Sequence record: NC_070952.1
Direction: 5' to 3' (one strand)
Length of the DNA: 64,000 bases
Below, in pieces: positions 30,045 through 38,070 of this stretch. The notes beneath the pieces are model-generated. The model made no database searches. It was not told the DNA's origin and was given only the letters and a program-made list of their open reading frames with translations. The translations under genes were made by a program, and so were the position numbers. Within the stretch, counting starts at the first letter, position 1. Each line of letters opens with the position of its first letter.

Positions 30045-30404
30045 ATGCGTTACACTACTGCTAATGTTACCAAAGCAAAAGCTATGTTGGTCTCCCGTAT
30101 GAGCTATCTGGTTAACCTCCGCCTGAAATATGTTTCTGGTCGTGGTCTGGCAGAACGCATCAATATGTCCGCTAACATCATCTCTAAGCTGCGTAACAAC
30201 AACACCAAGGGAATCAGCTTCGAAGCTGTCCTCGAAGCAGCAGAACGTCTTGACGTGCGTTATACGTTAACCATGAGTCATGATGGCAGTGGTCATCGTG
30301 ATGTTCAATTGCAAATGGAAGATATTGAATCTTCTCGTGTCCGCGGTCTTGAACACAGTTATAAACTGAACGTGTCCGGTACAACTCGTTCACCGGGTTA
30401 TTAA
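30045..30404 (+). CDS. XRE/Cro-type helix-turn-helix protein
   Basis: GRGLAERINMSANIISKLRNN..KGISFEAVLEAAERL matches the XRE HTH pattern; start at the ATG after GAGG. Confidence 0.65.
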   Translation: MRYTTANVTKAKAMLVSRMSYLVNLRLKYVSGRGLAERINMSANIISKLRNNNTKGISFEAVLEAAERLDVRYTLTMSHDGSGHRDVQLQMEDIESSRVRGLEHSYKLNVSGTTRSPGY

Positions 30405-30411
30405 ATTTAAT

Positions 30412-30435
30412 AAGGGGAAGGGAACCCTTCCCCTT
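30412..30435 (+). terminator. Stem-loop, putative terminator
   Basis: aaggggaaggg-aa-cccttcccctt followed by tt. Confidence 0.6.
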
Positions 30436-30447
30436 TTGGAGAAACAC

Positions 30448-30777
30448 ATGTCGGTAGAATACTTCACTCCGTCAGAAGAAGATATCCGAATCGGTCTTTT
30501 ATGGATGAATTGGTATAAAATGTGGAACGAATTTTTCAATGACTATGATGGCGATATCATTGATTCTAGCGCCGCTGTAACCTCTGAATTTGCTTTGCCT
30601 TCCCAACCTATTCCACTGACATTCAATCCAAAGTTTGGTAAAGATTTTACTCCTGTTGCTGTTCAGTGTGTACTCCCTGAAGCTCAGATTAACCCCACAT
30701 ACCGCGTTAGAGAAGTGAAGGATATCGGCGGTAAGAAACTCATCTTTTATTACCAAGAACTTCCTAAGGATAAATAG
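30448..30777 (+). CDS. Hypothetical protein
   Basis: ORF with ATG after GGAGA. Confidence 0.65.
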   Translation: MSVEYFTPSEEDIRIGLLWMNWYKMWNEFFNDYDGDIIDSSAAVTSEFALPSQPIPLTFNPKFGKDFTPVAVQCVLPEAQINPTYRVREVKDIGGKKLIFYYQELPKDK

Positions 30778-31700
30778 TGAAAAAGAATTTTAATCATAAT
30801 CCGTTCGTGTTTGGTATTACCGTTCCTTTTAATGGTTGCTATTTAAAGGATCCTTATTTTGTTACCAATAAAGAAGGTAACACCCAGGACGGTACGGCTA
30901 ACGGCGGTGGTTGGCATGTACTGGGTAATCGGATCATCGAAAATGCCGATGTCGCTCATCTTCGTTTTGCTGGTGATAAAGAAAGCGACTGGGTTCGTAT
31001 GTCCGGTGGTTTACGTTCAACCCGAAACATCGAGTACTTCGGTAAGCATTATCCGACCTGGTGTGGAAATGAACATGGGTTTCTTTATCTTGATGAAATC
31101 CCTGAAGGACACACCGCCGTTCCAGTTAAGCTTTTCGCATACAAAAATAAGAAAGATCCGTTAGCGGTTCCTACTATCTTTGTTGCACAAGCAAAGGTCG
31201 TGAAAAATGAACCCGATGTTAAATACGGTTCGGTAGAAGACATTCAACAGTATGTCAATCACTCAGCCTTCTGGATGGATCCAAATAGTTCAGTGTTATC
31301 CAGCGGTGAAATCATGGCCTCTATCTATCAATTGGTTCGATTCAACAAAACACTGATTCATAAAGAAAAGGAATCTCAACGGTTGATCAAACTGTTTGAG
31401 GATGTTGGAATTGATGAGTTGAAATACGTCAGTGCCTTCTCCTATCATCTGAGACATTTCTGTTCTAATGAGGAACGTTACTCATTAACACTGCGTGATA
31501 ACCCAGTGGTGTTTAATACAGCGAATATCTATTTAAAAGATAATGCCGTATCAAATGTAATGTGGCGGTTCATTAATGATAAACGGGGTCCTCTTACAAA
31601 TAAGGTCGATGAACCTTACTGGGATGAACTCTCTAAATTTATTCTCTCTCCTTTAGATAACTACGGTCCGTACAAAAAACGAACTATCAAAAAGGATTAA
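30777..31700 (+). CDS. Hypothetical protein
   Basis: 307-aa ORF, GTG start coupled to the upstream stop. Confidence 0.65.
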   Translation: MKKNFNHNPFVFGITVPFNGCYLKDPYFVTNKEGNTQDGTANGGGWHVLGNRIIENADVAHLRFAGDKESDWVRMSGGLRSTRNIEYFGKHYPTWCGNEHGFLYLDEIPEGHTAVPVKLFAYKNKKDPLAVPTIFVAQAKVVKNEPDVKYGSVEDIQQYVNHSAFWMDPNSSVLSSGEIMASIYQLVRFNKTLIHKEKESQRLIKLFEDVGIDELKYVSAFSYHLRHFCSNEERYSLTLRDNPVVFNTANIYLKDNAVSNVMWRFINDKRGPLTNKVDEPYWDELSKFILSPLDNYGPYKKRTIKKD

Positions 31701-31736
31701 TTTTAATACGGAAGCGATGTAAGACTACACACACTT

Positions 31737-31744
31737 TATATTAC
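31737..31744 (+). promoter_or_regulatory. Possible early promoter element TATATTAC
   Basis: Exact match to the phiKZ early promoter core, intergenic, 20 nt upstream of the ATG. Confidence 0.4.
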
Positions 31745-31763
31745 TTTGCTTAAGGATTCACCC

Positions 31764-32357
31764 ATGTTAAATTTAGACCCTTCTAATACACTGGTACGTG
31801 AAATGCATCATTATAAGCCGTGTATCCAAGCTGGTCTCAAGTTGGTTGAAATGGATCAATTGCCGGGCTGTCCGGTACGTGCTGTATTGCAAGCATACCC
31901 AAGTATGCATCAGGATATCTTTCAGCGTATCAAGCTGGTAGGGGTAACCAAGGTTATTGCTAACCCAGGTTACACACTGGATATGTATGCCGATGAACTT
32001 GCCGCGACTTTAAAAGGTAATGGCGGAAACTGGATTGCCCTTATCTTCGATACCAAGTCGGTGGATAAAGTTTATCAGCATCAAGTACGTGTCTTCCTTT
32101 ATCAGGCCGTGTATCACTATAACCTGAAAATTACGCAAGAGCCACTGTTTGCTTTTCGTAACACCGTAGAGTATTCCGAAGAGATTGACAACTTTGTGGA
32201 TACCTTTACTTGCGTGGATGATGCACGTTGTAATCGGCTAGTATTCACCACCGAGTATGCGTTATGTAACGTTGCTCGTGAGTTAGTTGAAACCGGTTCG
32301 ATTACAAGCGGTCTGCGTTTTATCGAAAAACTTAAACCTTCATTGATCTTCTCCTAA
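31764..32357 (+). CDS. Hypothetical protein
   Basis: ORF with ATG after AAGGA. Confidence 0.7.
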   Translation: MLNLDPSNTLVREMHHYKPCIQAGLKLVEMDQLPGCPVRAVLQAYPSMHQDIFQRIKLVGVTKVIANPGYTLDMYADELAATLKGNGGNWIALIFDTKSVDKVYQHQVRVFLYQAVYHYNLKITQEPLFAFRNTVEYSEEIDNFVDTFTCVDDARCNRLVFTTEYALCNVARELVETGSITSGLRFIEKLKPSLIFS

Positions 32358-32359
32358 TA

Positions 32360-32387
32360 AATAGAGGGGGAGGAATCCCCTTCTATT
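32360..32387 (+). terminator. Stem-loop
   Basis: aatagagggg...ccccttctatt. Confidence 0.45.
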
Positions 32388-32397
32388 AAGGATATGT

Positions 32398-32580
32398 ATG
32401 GCAAAGAACTTTATAACGGGTGAACTGATAAAGGTATTATCCCTTGTCATTACTTCATCTGTTAACGCTGAACAGTACCGGAATTACGAACCGGAAACGG
32501 TAGCTGGTAATTCCCGTCAGAAACGTATCATGGGTGGTAAACACTCATGGCCTGAAGCCAAACGTAAAGGTAAACGATAA
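32398..32580 (+). CDS. Small basic protein with shared C-terminal motif
   Basis: AAGGA RBS; ends GNSRQKRIMGGKHSWPEAKRKGKR. Confidence 0.65.
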   Translation: MAKNFITGELIKVLSLVITSSVNAEQYRNYEPETVAGNSRQKRIMGGKHSWPEAKRKGKR

Positions 32581-32777
32581 TGAAAGATGGTAGCATAACA
32601 ACGTATGTCACCTATCGTCAGAATCGAGACAATAGAATTGAGCTGATCCATAGTTCAACCCACCCCACTCCTAAAGACAATCCAATTACCGTTAAAGGTA
32701 ACAGTCGTCAGGAAGTTGTCCAGGGTAAACGTCATTCCTGGCCAGTAACTAAGAAAAGAAAAGGGTTTAAATCATGA
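32580..32777 (+). CDS. Small basic protein with shared C-terminal motif
   Basis: Coupled to the upstream gene; ends GNSRQEVVQGKRHSWPVTKKRKGFKS. Confidence 0.65.
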   Translation: MKDGSITTYVTYRQNRDNRIELIHSSTHPTPKDNPITVKGNSRQEVVQGKRHSWPVTKKRKGFKS

Positions 32778-34111
32778 TTGAATGGGTAATGGGTCTGTAC
32801 CAATCGGTACTGGATCAATCGGCGCATATGCCGCAGGCGCAAGCGGCGCTTATCACCATCTCTTCTGTTTCAATTGCAGGTCTGATCGGTTTCTTGTTAA
32901 TCAAGTTACCGAGAACCATTGGTAATTTCGTTCGTAACCAATGTATGTCCTCACTGATCTTTAATACGGCGAGTTCGACCTACAGCGAATATAACCAACT
33001 CCAGTACATCGCTTTCTTACAGTGGTTTAGTAAGAATGCCTGGTTTAACTGGAGTCGTGTTATTTCTTTTGACGGCGATCCCCGTAAAATAGCTAAAGGT
33101 TCCGTAGGACCCGGAGTAGGTACGCATCTCTTTATGTTTAACCGGAGATTCTTCTTCTTCCGTATTGCGGAGCTGGAGAGTAACGGGTCAGCCTACTCTA
33201 AATTTAAAATCTCCATTCATGTGTTGAGCCGAAATAAAGAGCATCTTCATAAACTGATGGATACGTTTATGTTAAAGAGCGATACTGAAAATACGATTAC
33301 AGTGTACGAATCCGGTAAGCAAGAATGGAACTGGGTTACGACACTTGAACGTCGCGGTATCGAAAACTATGTGCTCAGTGAGAAAGTTAAACGCGAACTC
33401 ATCAAACCTCTAATGGAATTCCAGAACAACAAAGACTGGTATATCAAACGTGGTCTGGATTACAAGTTCACCGCTTTACTCTATGGACCGCCAGGTACGG
33501 GTAAAAGCTCACTGGCTCGTTTAATTGCATCAATGTTAAACCGAGATCTTTATTTGTTGAATATGGGTTCTGCAGATAACTATCTTCGTTTATTCCAAGG
33601 TGCCAAAGGCGGGCTTGTGTTAATGGAAGACATTGACGCTTTTGGAATCACTCGTAAACGCACCAACGAAGAAACCGATGTTCAAGAGGGTGCGACTATC
33701 TCTGGTGTGGAAGATTCTAATAACGCAGAAGACCTCGTGGGTAGTGCTATTTCTGAGTTTATGTCAGGGTCACTGTCAGAGCTCTTAAACGCATTACAGG
33801 GCGTTCTTCCTTTGGATGACCTCATTGTACTGATGACCACCAACCATCCTGAGAAACTGGATTCTGCGTTGATTCGTGACGGTCGTGTGGATGTCCGTAT
33901 TGAAATAGGATATCTCAACACAGCCGATATCGCCTGTTATTACAAACTGGTCTATGAGCAGGACTACACTGGAGAAGAGTTCCCTTCTCTTGCCGCCGCT
34001 ACCGTGCATAAAGCTTTCCTGATGAACAAGTTTTCACCTGAAGGCTTTGTCAGTAACCTGATGGCAAAGAAAGAAGATAACGTAATCCAGCTAACCGCTA
34101 ACGGAGAATAA
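32774..34111 (+). CDS. BCS1-like membrane-anchored AAA+ ATPase
   Basis: N-terminal TM; Walker A GPPGTGKS; Walker B LMEDID; MTTNHPEKLDSALIRDGRVD (sensor 1 / Arg finger). Confidence 0.8.
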   Translation: MIEWVMGLYQSVLDQSAHMPQAQAALITISSVSIAGLIGFLLIKLPRTIGNFVRNQCMSSLIFNTASSTYSEYNQLQYIAFLQWFSKNAWFNWSRVISFDGDPRKIAKGSVGPGVGTHLFMFNRRFFFFRIAELESNGSAYSKFKISIHVLSRNKEHLHKLMDTFMLKSDTENTITVYESGKQEWNWVTTLERRGIENYVLSEKVKRELIKPLMEFQNNKDWYIKRGLDYKFTALLYGPPGTGKSSLARLIASMLNRDLYLLNMGSADNYLRLFQGAKGGLVLMEDIDAFGITRKRTNEETDVQEGATISGVEDSNNAEDLVGSAISEFMSGSLSELLNALQGVLPLDDLIVLMTTNHPEKLDSALIRDGRVDVRIEIGYLNTADIACYYKLVYEQDYTGEEFPSLAAATVHKAFLMNKFSPEGFVSNLMAKKEDNVIQLTANGE

Positions 34112-34115
34112 ACTT

Positions 34116-34475
34116 ATGTCAGTAAAGGGATTACCTAAACTCACACCCAGTCAGTACAAAATGATGAACGGTCAATTAGGTTCTGTGATTGTTCATAAAG
34201 GTGAGTTTATTGTATTGTCCATGGATGGGCAATGGCGCGGTATTACCGAACCTTATGCTGTCGAAGCACCTACCTGTATCGATGAGGATACAGCCATCGA
34301 ACATCGCCTTATTAGTACCGAGAAAGATACTATTATTGATGGGCGATTCCTGGCTTGGCAAATTGGCGGGCAATGGTGGTTGTACATTACCTCTTATACC
34401 TATCTCAGTGATAACGCTAAACCGATAAAAGGTAAACCTTATCTGATTCAATATCACGAATATAAAGGGTCATAA
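34116..34475 (+). CDS. Hypothetical protein (family with 36531 and 36878)
   Basis: Shared N-terminal L..L.....V.KGE.I pattern. Confidence 0.65.
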   Translation: MSVKGLPKLTPSQYKMMNGQLGSVIVHKGEFIVLSMDGQWRGITEPYAVEAPTCIDEDTAIEHRLISTEKDTIIDGRFLAWQIGGQWWLYITSYTYLSDNAKPIKGKPYLIQYHEYKGS

Positions 34476-34479
34476 TAAA

Positions 34480-34833
34480 ATGTCTGACATTGATAAACAT
34501 ACTCAGGGGATTAAACTCCCTAAGTCGACTAGATACCTTCTAAGTGTGTTGAAAGAAGAATCTTTACATTTTATCAAAGCAGGACAATTTCTTAAACATG
34601 CTGAAATTAATAAAAGCAAGTTTAAAGCGATGTCTAAGCGCCGTCAGAAAGTTTACATGGGTTTCTTTACATCCATGTATAATTACAATACCGGTAAGTT
34701 AGCTGACCGTCGTCGATATAAAGAAAGATTCATTCGTGGCTTACCTATTTATAGTGTGGTTGATGAACCAACGTTGGCGCCTTTTAATCGTTTTTGGGAA
34801 GCCTGGGCTGCTCACTTGTTTGAAGACAAGTAA
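34480..34833 (+). CDS. Hypothetical basic protein
   Basis: 117-aa ORF within the operon. Confidence 0.65.
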   Translation: MSDIDKHTQGIKLPKSTRYLLSVLKEESLHFIKAGQFLKHAEINKSKFKAMSKRRQKVYMGFFTSMYNYNTGKLADRRRYKERFIRGLPIYSVVDEPTLAPFNRFWEAWAAHLFEDK

Positions 34834-34862
34834 TCCTTTTTAACCATTAAGGTAGTAAATAC

Positions 34863-35099
34863 ATGATACCAGAACAATTAAACTCGATATTCTATCTTAT
34901 CTCAGCGGTTGGGGTGTACCTTCTGATGGAGATAATCAATGTTGGGTACCATGTTATCAAAGCCATCCAAATCAAAGATGATAAGAAGGCACTTGATAGC
35001 CATCTCTCTTCATATCGAATTAGAGCGATACTTAGTTTTGTAACTTTTGTTATTATTATGTTGGCCACTCTGTATAAACTGGGAATGCCGTTATATTAA
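34863..35099 (+). CDS. Small membrane protein (2 TM)
   Basis: Two hydrophobic segments. Confidence 0.6.
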   Translation: MIPEQLNSIFYLISAVGVYLLMEIINVGYHVIKAIQIKDDKKALDSHLSSYRIRAILSFVTFVIIMLATLYKLGMPLY

Positions 35100-35126
35100 T
35101 TCTTTGACTTAACGTTGGAGAAGATT

Positions 35127-35267
35127 ATGCCCAGTGTATCTGAGAAACAAAAGAAGTTTATGGCGGTAGTTGCTCACTCACCTGAGTTTGCTAAAAAGGT
35201 TGGGGTTCCTCAATCGGTAGGCAAAGAGTACAACGACGCTGACAAAGCTAAAGTCCAAAAGAAATAA
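35127..35267 (+). CDS. 46-aa small protein absent from the ORF track
   Basis: GGAG RBS. MPSVSEKQKKFMAVVAHSPEFAKKVGVPQSVGKEYNDADKAKVQKK resembles a small phage protein family I recall. Confidence 0.7.
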   Translation: MPSVSEKQKKFMAVVAHSPEFAKKVGVPQSVGKEYNDADKAKVQKK

Positions 35268-35275
35268 TACTACAG

Positions 35276-35305
35276 AGCGTATCTAGGGATATCCCTAGAT
35301 ACGCT
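35276..35305. repeat. Perfect 30-bp palindrome
   Basis: agcgtatctagggat|atccctagatacgct. Confidence 0.85.
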
Positions 35306-35342
35306 TAGAGGAGTTTATTATGCTCGCACGACTAGATAATAC

Positions 35343-35669
35343 GTGCCCAAAGATGAAACTCATGCCCGTACTACTATCACCTCTGATGAAGTGAATGAAC
35401 TCGCCCATGAGATCAACGAGCTATTTTCCAGTTGCACTCTGTGGGTTAAAGGCGAACCCATCGTAACCAATGTGGATAAATGGATTAAACGTCTTGATGA
35501 AATGAAGGAAAAGTACGGTAGCAATTTTTTAGCCACGGCCTATAATACCCGTTCCCTGTTAGAGAGAATGGAACAGGAAAAGGCATACGTTGACGCTATG
35601 AATAAAGCAAACCCATACCCAACAAAAATTGGTAGGAGTGGATCATGTCAAAAGAAATCAGGTTACTAA
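35343..35669 (+). CDS. Hypothetical protein, paralog of the central domain of 35645; start uncertain
   Basis: VDKWIKRLDEMKEKYG versus VDEWISRINSMKEKYG. Confidence 0.6.
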   Translation: MPKDETHARTTITSDEVNELAHEINELFSSCTLWVKGEPIVTNVDKWIKRLDEMKEKYGSNFLATAYNTRSLLERMEQEKAYVDAMNKANPYPTKIGRSGSCQKKSGY

Positions 35670-36529
35670 TTCAAGAACGTCTGAAAGGTTTTAAAGTAGG
35701 CGTGACTCAGGGTGATGTTGATAGTTCCGTGTTTGATAACGCTACTATGTTAAAAATCGAAGAACTGTCAAAAGAGTTTGATCAAACGCTGGTTATTGAA
35801 ATCATGCGGAATAAGTATCGCCTCTCTAACATGACTATCGACAGCATCCCTGCTAAGAGGGAAGTAGAGGTATATCAAGACCATTACCTTGTAGATAACA
35901 TTTCATCTCGTGAAGAAGTCGTCAATTTATCCACTGAGATGTGTAAACTGTTTGATGAGCTGGTTGATTCTTCCCCTGACAGTAACTATCTGGTTAAAGA
36001 TGTTGATGAATGGATTTCACGTATCAACAGCATGAAAGAGAAATACGGTTATCGCCCATTCACCCAGATGTACGAAGTTGTTCACGGGATCAGAAAGATA
36101 ATGTGGTCCGAGGGACTTCCTGAATTACAGGCTGGTCAGGAATACGCCAAGCGCCGTGAAGAGGAGTATCGCCAAGATATACATCGCTCTTTAGAAAGAA
36201 TGAACAGTCGCAAGGGTAGCGATAACACTCTTTCACGTCATGCCGAAATTCAGAAGATAAGGGAAGAGTTAAACAACGGTGGACCGTTCTTTGAATTAAC
36301 TGCTGACCAACAAACTGTAAAACAGGCTTTGTTTATCGATGTTGTCCATGATAACGTCTCCCGTAATAATTTCCTCTCTCACTTATTGGGTAGTTCGATA
36401 GTTACTACCTATCAGGGCAGTGGTGGTCATGGTTATGATATTCCTACCAACGGTGGACGTCATAAAAAAGTGGTTACGGGTAAAGCCGGTAACAGTTATC
36501 CAATTCCCAAACGTCGCGGTGTAAAATAA
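35645..36529 (+). CDS. Hypothetical protein with shared basic C-terminal motif
   Basis: AGGAG RBS; ends GGRHKKVVTGKAGNSYPIPKRRGVK. Confidence 0.7.
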   Translation: MSKEIRLLIQERLKGFKVGVTQGDVDSSVFDNATMLKIEELSKEFDQTLVIEIMRNKYRLSNMTIDSIPAKREVEVYQDHYLVDNISSREEVVNLSTEMCKLFDELVDSSPDSNYLVKDVDEWISRINSMKEKYGYRPFTQMYEVVHGIRKIMWSEGLPELQAGQEYAKRREEEYRQDIHRSLERMNSRKGSDNTLSRHAEIQKIREELNNGGPFFELTADQQTVKQALFIDVVHDNVSRNNFLSHLLGSSIVTTYQGSGGHGYDIPTNGGRHKKVVTGKAGNSYPIPKRRGVK

Positions 36530-36530
36530 C

Positions 36531-36869
36531 ATGGATAAAGTTTTATTAACCTCGCTTGATATGTACGAGTGTCAAGCACTCCATAATGAACTTGCTAAAG
36601 CTTATGTTCGAAAGGGTAAGTGTTTCATCTATATTGGTGAAAGACGTTTTGAAGTTCCTGCTTTACGTAAAGAAGATCAATGGGAAGACGAAGATCTGTC
36701 GGAGTCTGTTAAAACACACAGCTTCGATTTCTCCAACGACTTCACTTATGAAGGTCGAATCTATTTCAACCAAAATGCACAAGGGTGGATAATGGGGATC
36801 ACGGATCCATCCAACCGTTCTAACCCATTGGTGGTGTTACGTCTGGCACCGCGACCTACTGTTAACTAA
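36531..36869 (+). CDS. Hypothetical protein (family with 34116 and 36878)
   Basis: YVRKGKCFIY motif. Confidence 0.65.
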   Translation: MDKVLLTSLDMYECQALHNELAKAYVRKGKCFIYIGERRFEVPALRKEDQWEDEDLSESVKTHSFDFSNDFTYEGRIYFNQNAQGWIMGITDPSNRSNPLVVLRLAPRPTVN

Positions 36870-36877
36870 GGGTAATC

Positions 36878-37255
36878 ATGACTGTTCGTCAATTAGAAGA
36901 AATGGATTTCTTTGACTTAAAGCTCTTAGCTGAGAAGAAAGGAATCTTTTATGTTCGCGATGGGGAAGTGTTCATTTATCACGGTAATGATAAACTGAAA
37001 ATTGATCCTAATCATCCTGGGGTAATCGATCCATTTAAGTTGGAAGAGAACATAGGTGTTGAATCTACCAGTCTTAAAATTGGTGATCAAACAGCGCAGA
37101 AGTTAGATCCCACTAAAGACACCAAAGGAAATGGATACTTCTGGTTCTGGCAACACGAAGAGTATTTTGTACTTTGCTTTATAACAGAAACCAGTAAACA
37201 CCATAAAGGTACTGTGTATATGCTGCGTGCCGGTAACGCAACTGACTCATTGTGA
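36878..37255 (+). CDS. Hypothetical protein (family with 34116 and 36531)
   Basis: YVRDGEVFIY motif. Confidence 0.65.
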   Translation: MTVRQLEEMDFFDLKLLAEKKGIFYVRDGEVFIYHGNDKLKIDPNHPGVIDPFKLEENIGVESTSLKIGDQTAQKLDPTKDTKGNGYFWFWQHEEYFVLCFITETSKHHKGTVYMLRAGNATDSL

Positions 37256-37264
37256 GGAATATTG

Positions 37265-37555
37265 ATGTCAAGAAATTCTCCTAGCTCCCAGGCTAAAATT
37301 ATTGTCTTTTTAATCTTCGGTCTCATCGCTGCGTTCTGTGTTATCAGTGTGTGGAATCCAGGAGATGAAGAGAAACGTATCCTGGAAGCTAACGGTGTAG
37401 AGTCTGCTGAGATTTCTACTCTGGCTTTTTGGGGTTGTCCTGATAAGCAATACGGGTATCACTTCAAAGGTAAGAATGAACGGGGTAAAGACGTTCAGGG
37501 AGTGATGTGTAAAAATGGGTTATTTCTGGGTTCATGGAACGTGAGGTATAACTAA
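37265..37555 (+). CDS. Small membrane-anchored protein with two Cys
   Basis: N-terminal TM followed by WGCPD...F...N..G..V.GV.C. Confidence 0.65.
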   Translation: MSRNSPSSQAKIIVFLIFGLIAAFCVISVWNPGDEEKRILEANGVESAEISTLAFWGCPDKQYGYHFKGKNERGKDVQGVMCKNGLFLGSWNVRYN

Positions 37556-38004
37556 TGTTTAAAGCAATCTGGAAAGGATTTAAATGGTTCTTCTCGGTTA
37601 AAGAGAAAACCCATAACAGCGTTTCCCGTAAGCATGGATTCACTCATGTTAAGGTTAATGCTCATGCCGAGCCAATAAAGGTATACGGTAAACCAGAAAA
37701 CCAAAGTGCTGATATCAACGAGACCTACGATAAGATGGTCGAGCTTCGTCAAGAACGTTACAGTACTGAACGTGAAGCGGATACCATTGAAGCAGCCAAG
37801 AAAGAACTGTGGGTTCCTCGGGGTATGACCTCAGACCACCTGGATCATATCCTAGTGAGTTGCGGGTTTCAAAAGACCATTCGTCAAGGCGATAAGCTGA
37901 TCCATGACCCACGGTTGATTCAGGCTCTTAACTACGGTATAAACATGTATGCCGCTAAAGTAGCTTCTGATTTGGAAGCTATTTTATTAAATGATAAACA
38001 GTAA
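37555..38004 (+). CDS. Hypothetical protein
   Basis: 149-aa ORF with coupled start. Confidence 0.65.
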   Translation: MFKAIWKGFKWFFSVKEKTHNSVSRKHGFTHVKVNAHAEPIKVYGKPENQSADINETYDKMVELRQERYSTEREADTIEAAKKELWVPRGMTSDHLDHILVSCGFQKTIRQGDKLIHDPRLIQALNYGINMYAAKVASDLEAILLNDKQ

Positions 38005-38070
38005 TAAATAAATACTTCTAATCGCATAAGGTGGACTAAAATTCACCTTACTTAAAAGGTAATAAAGATT

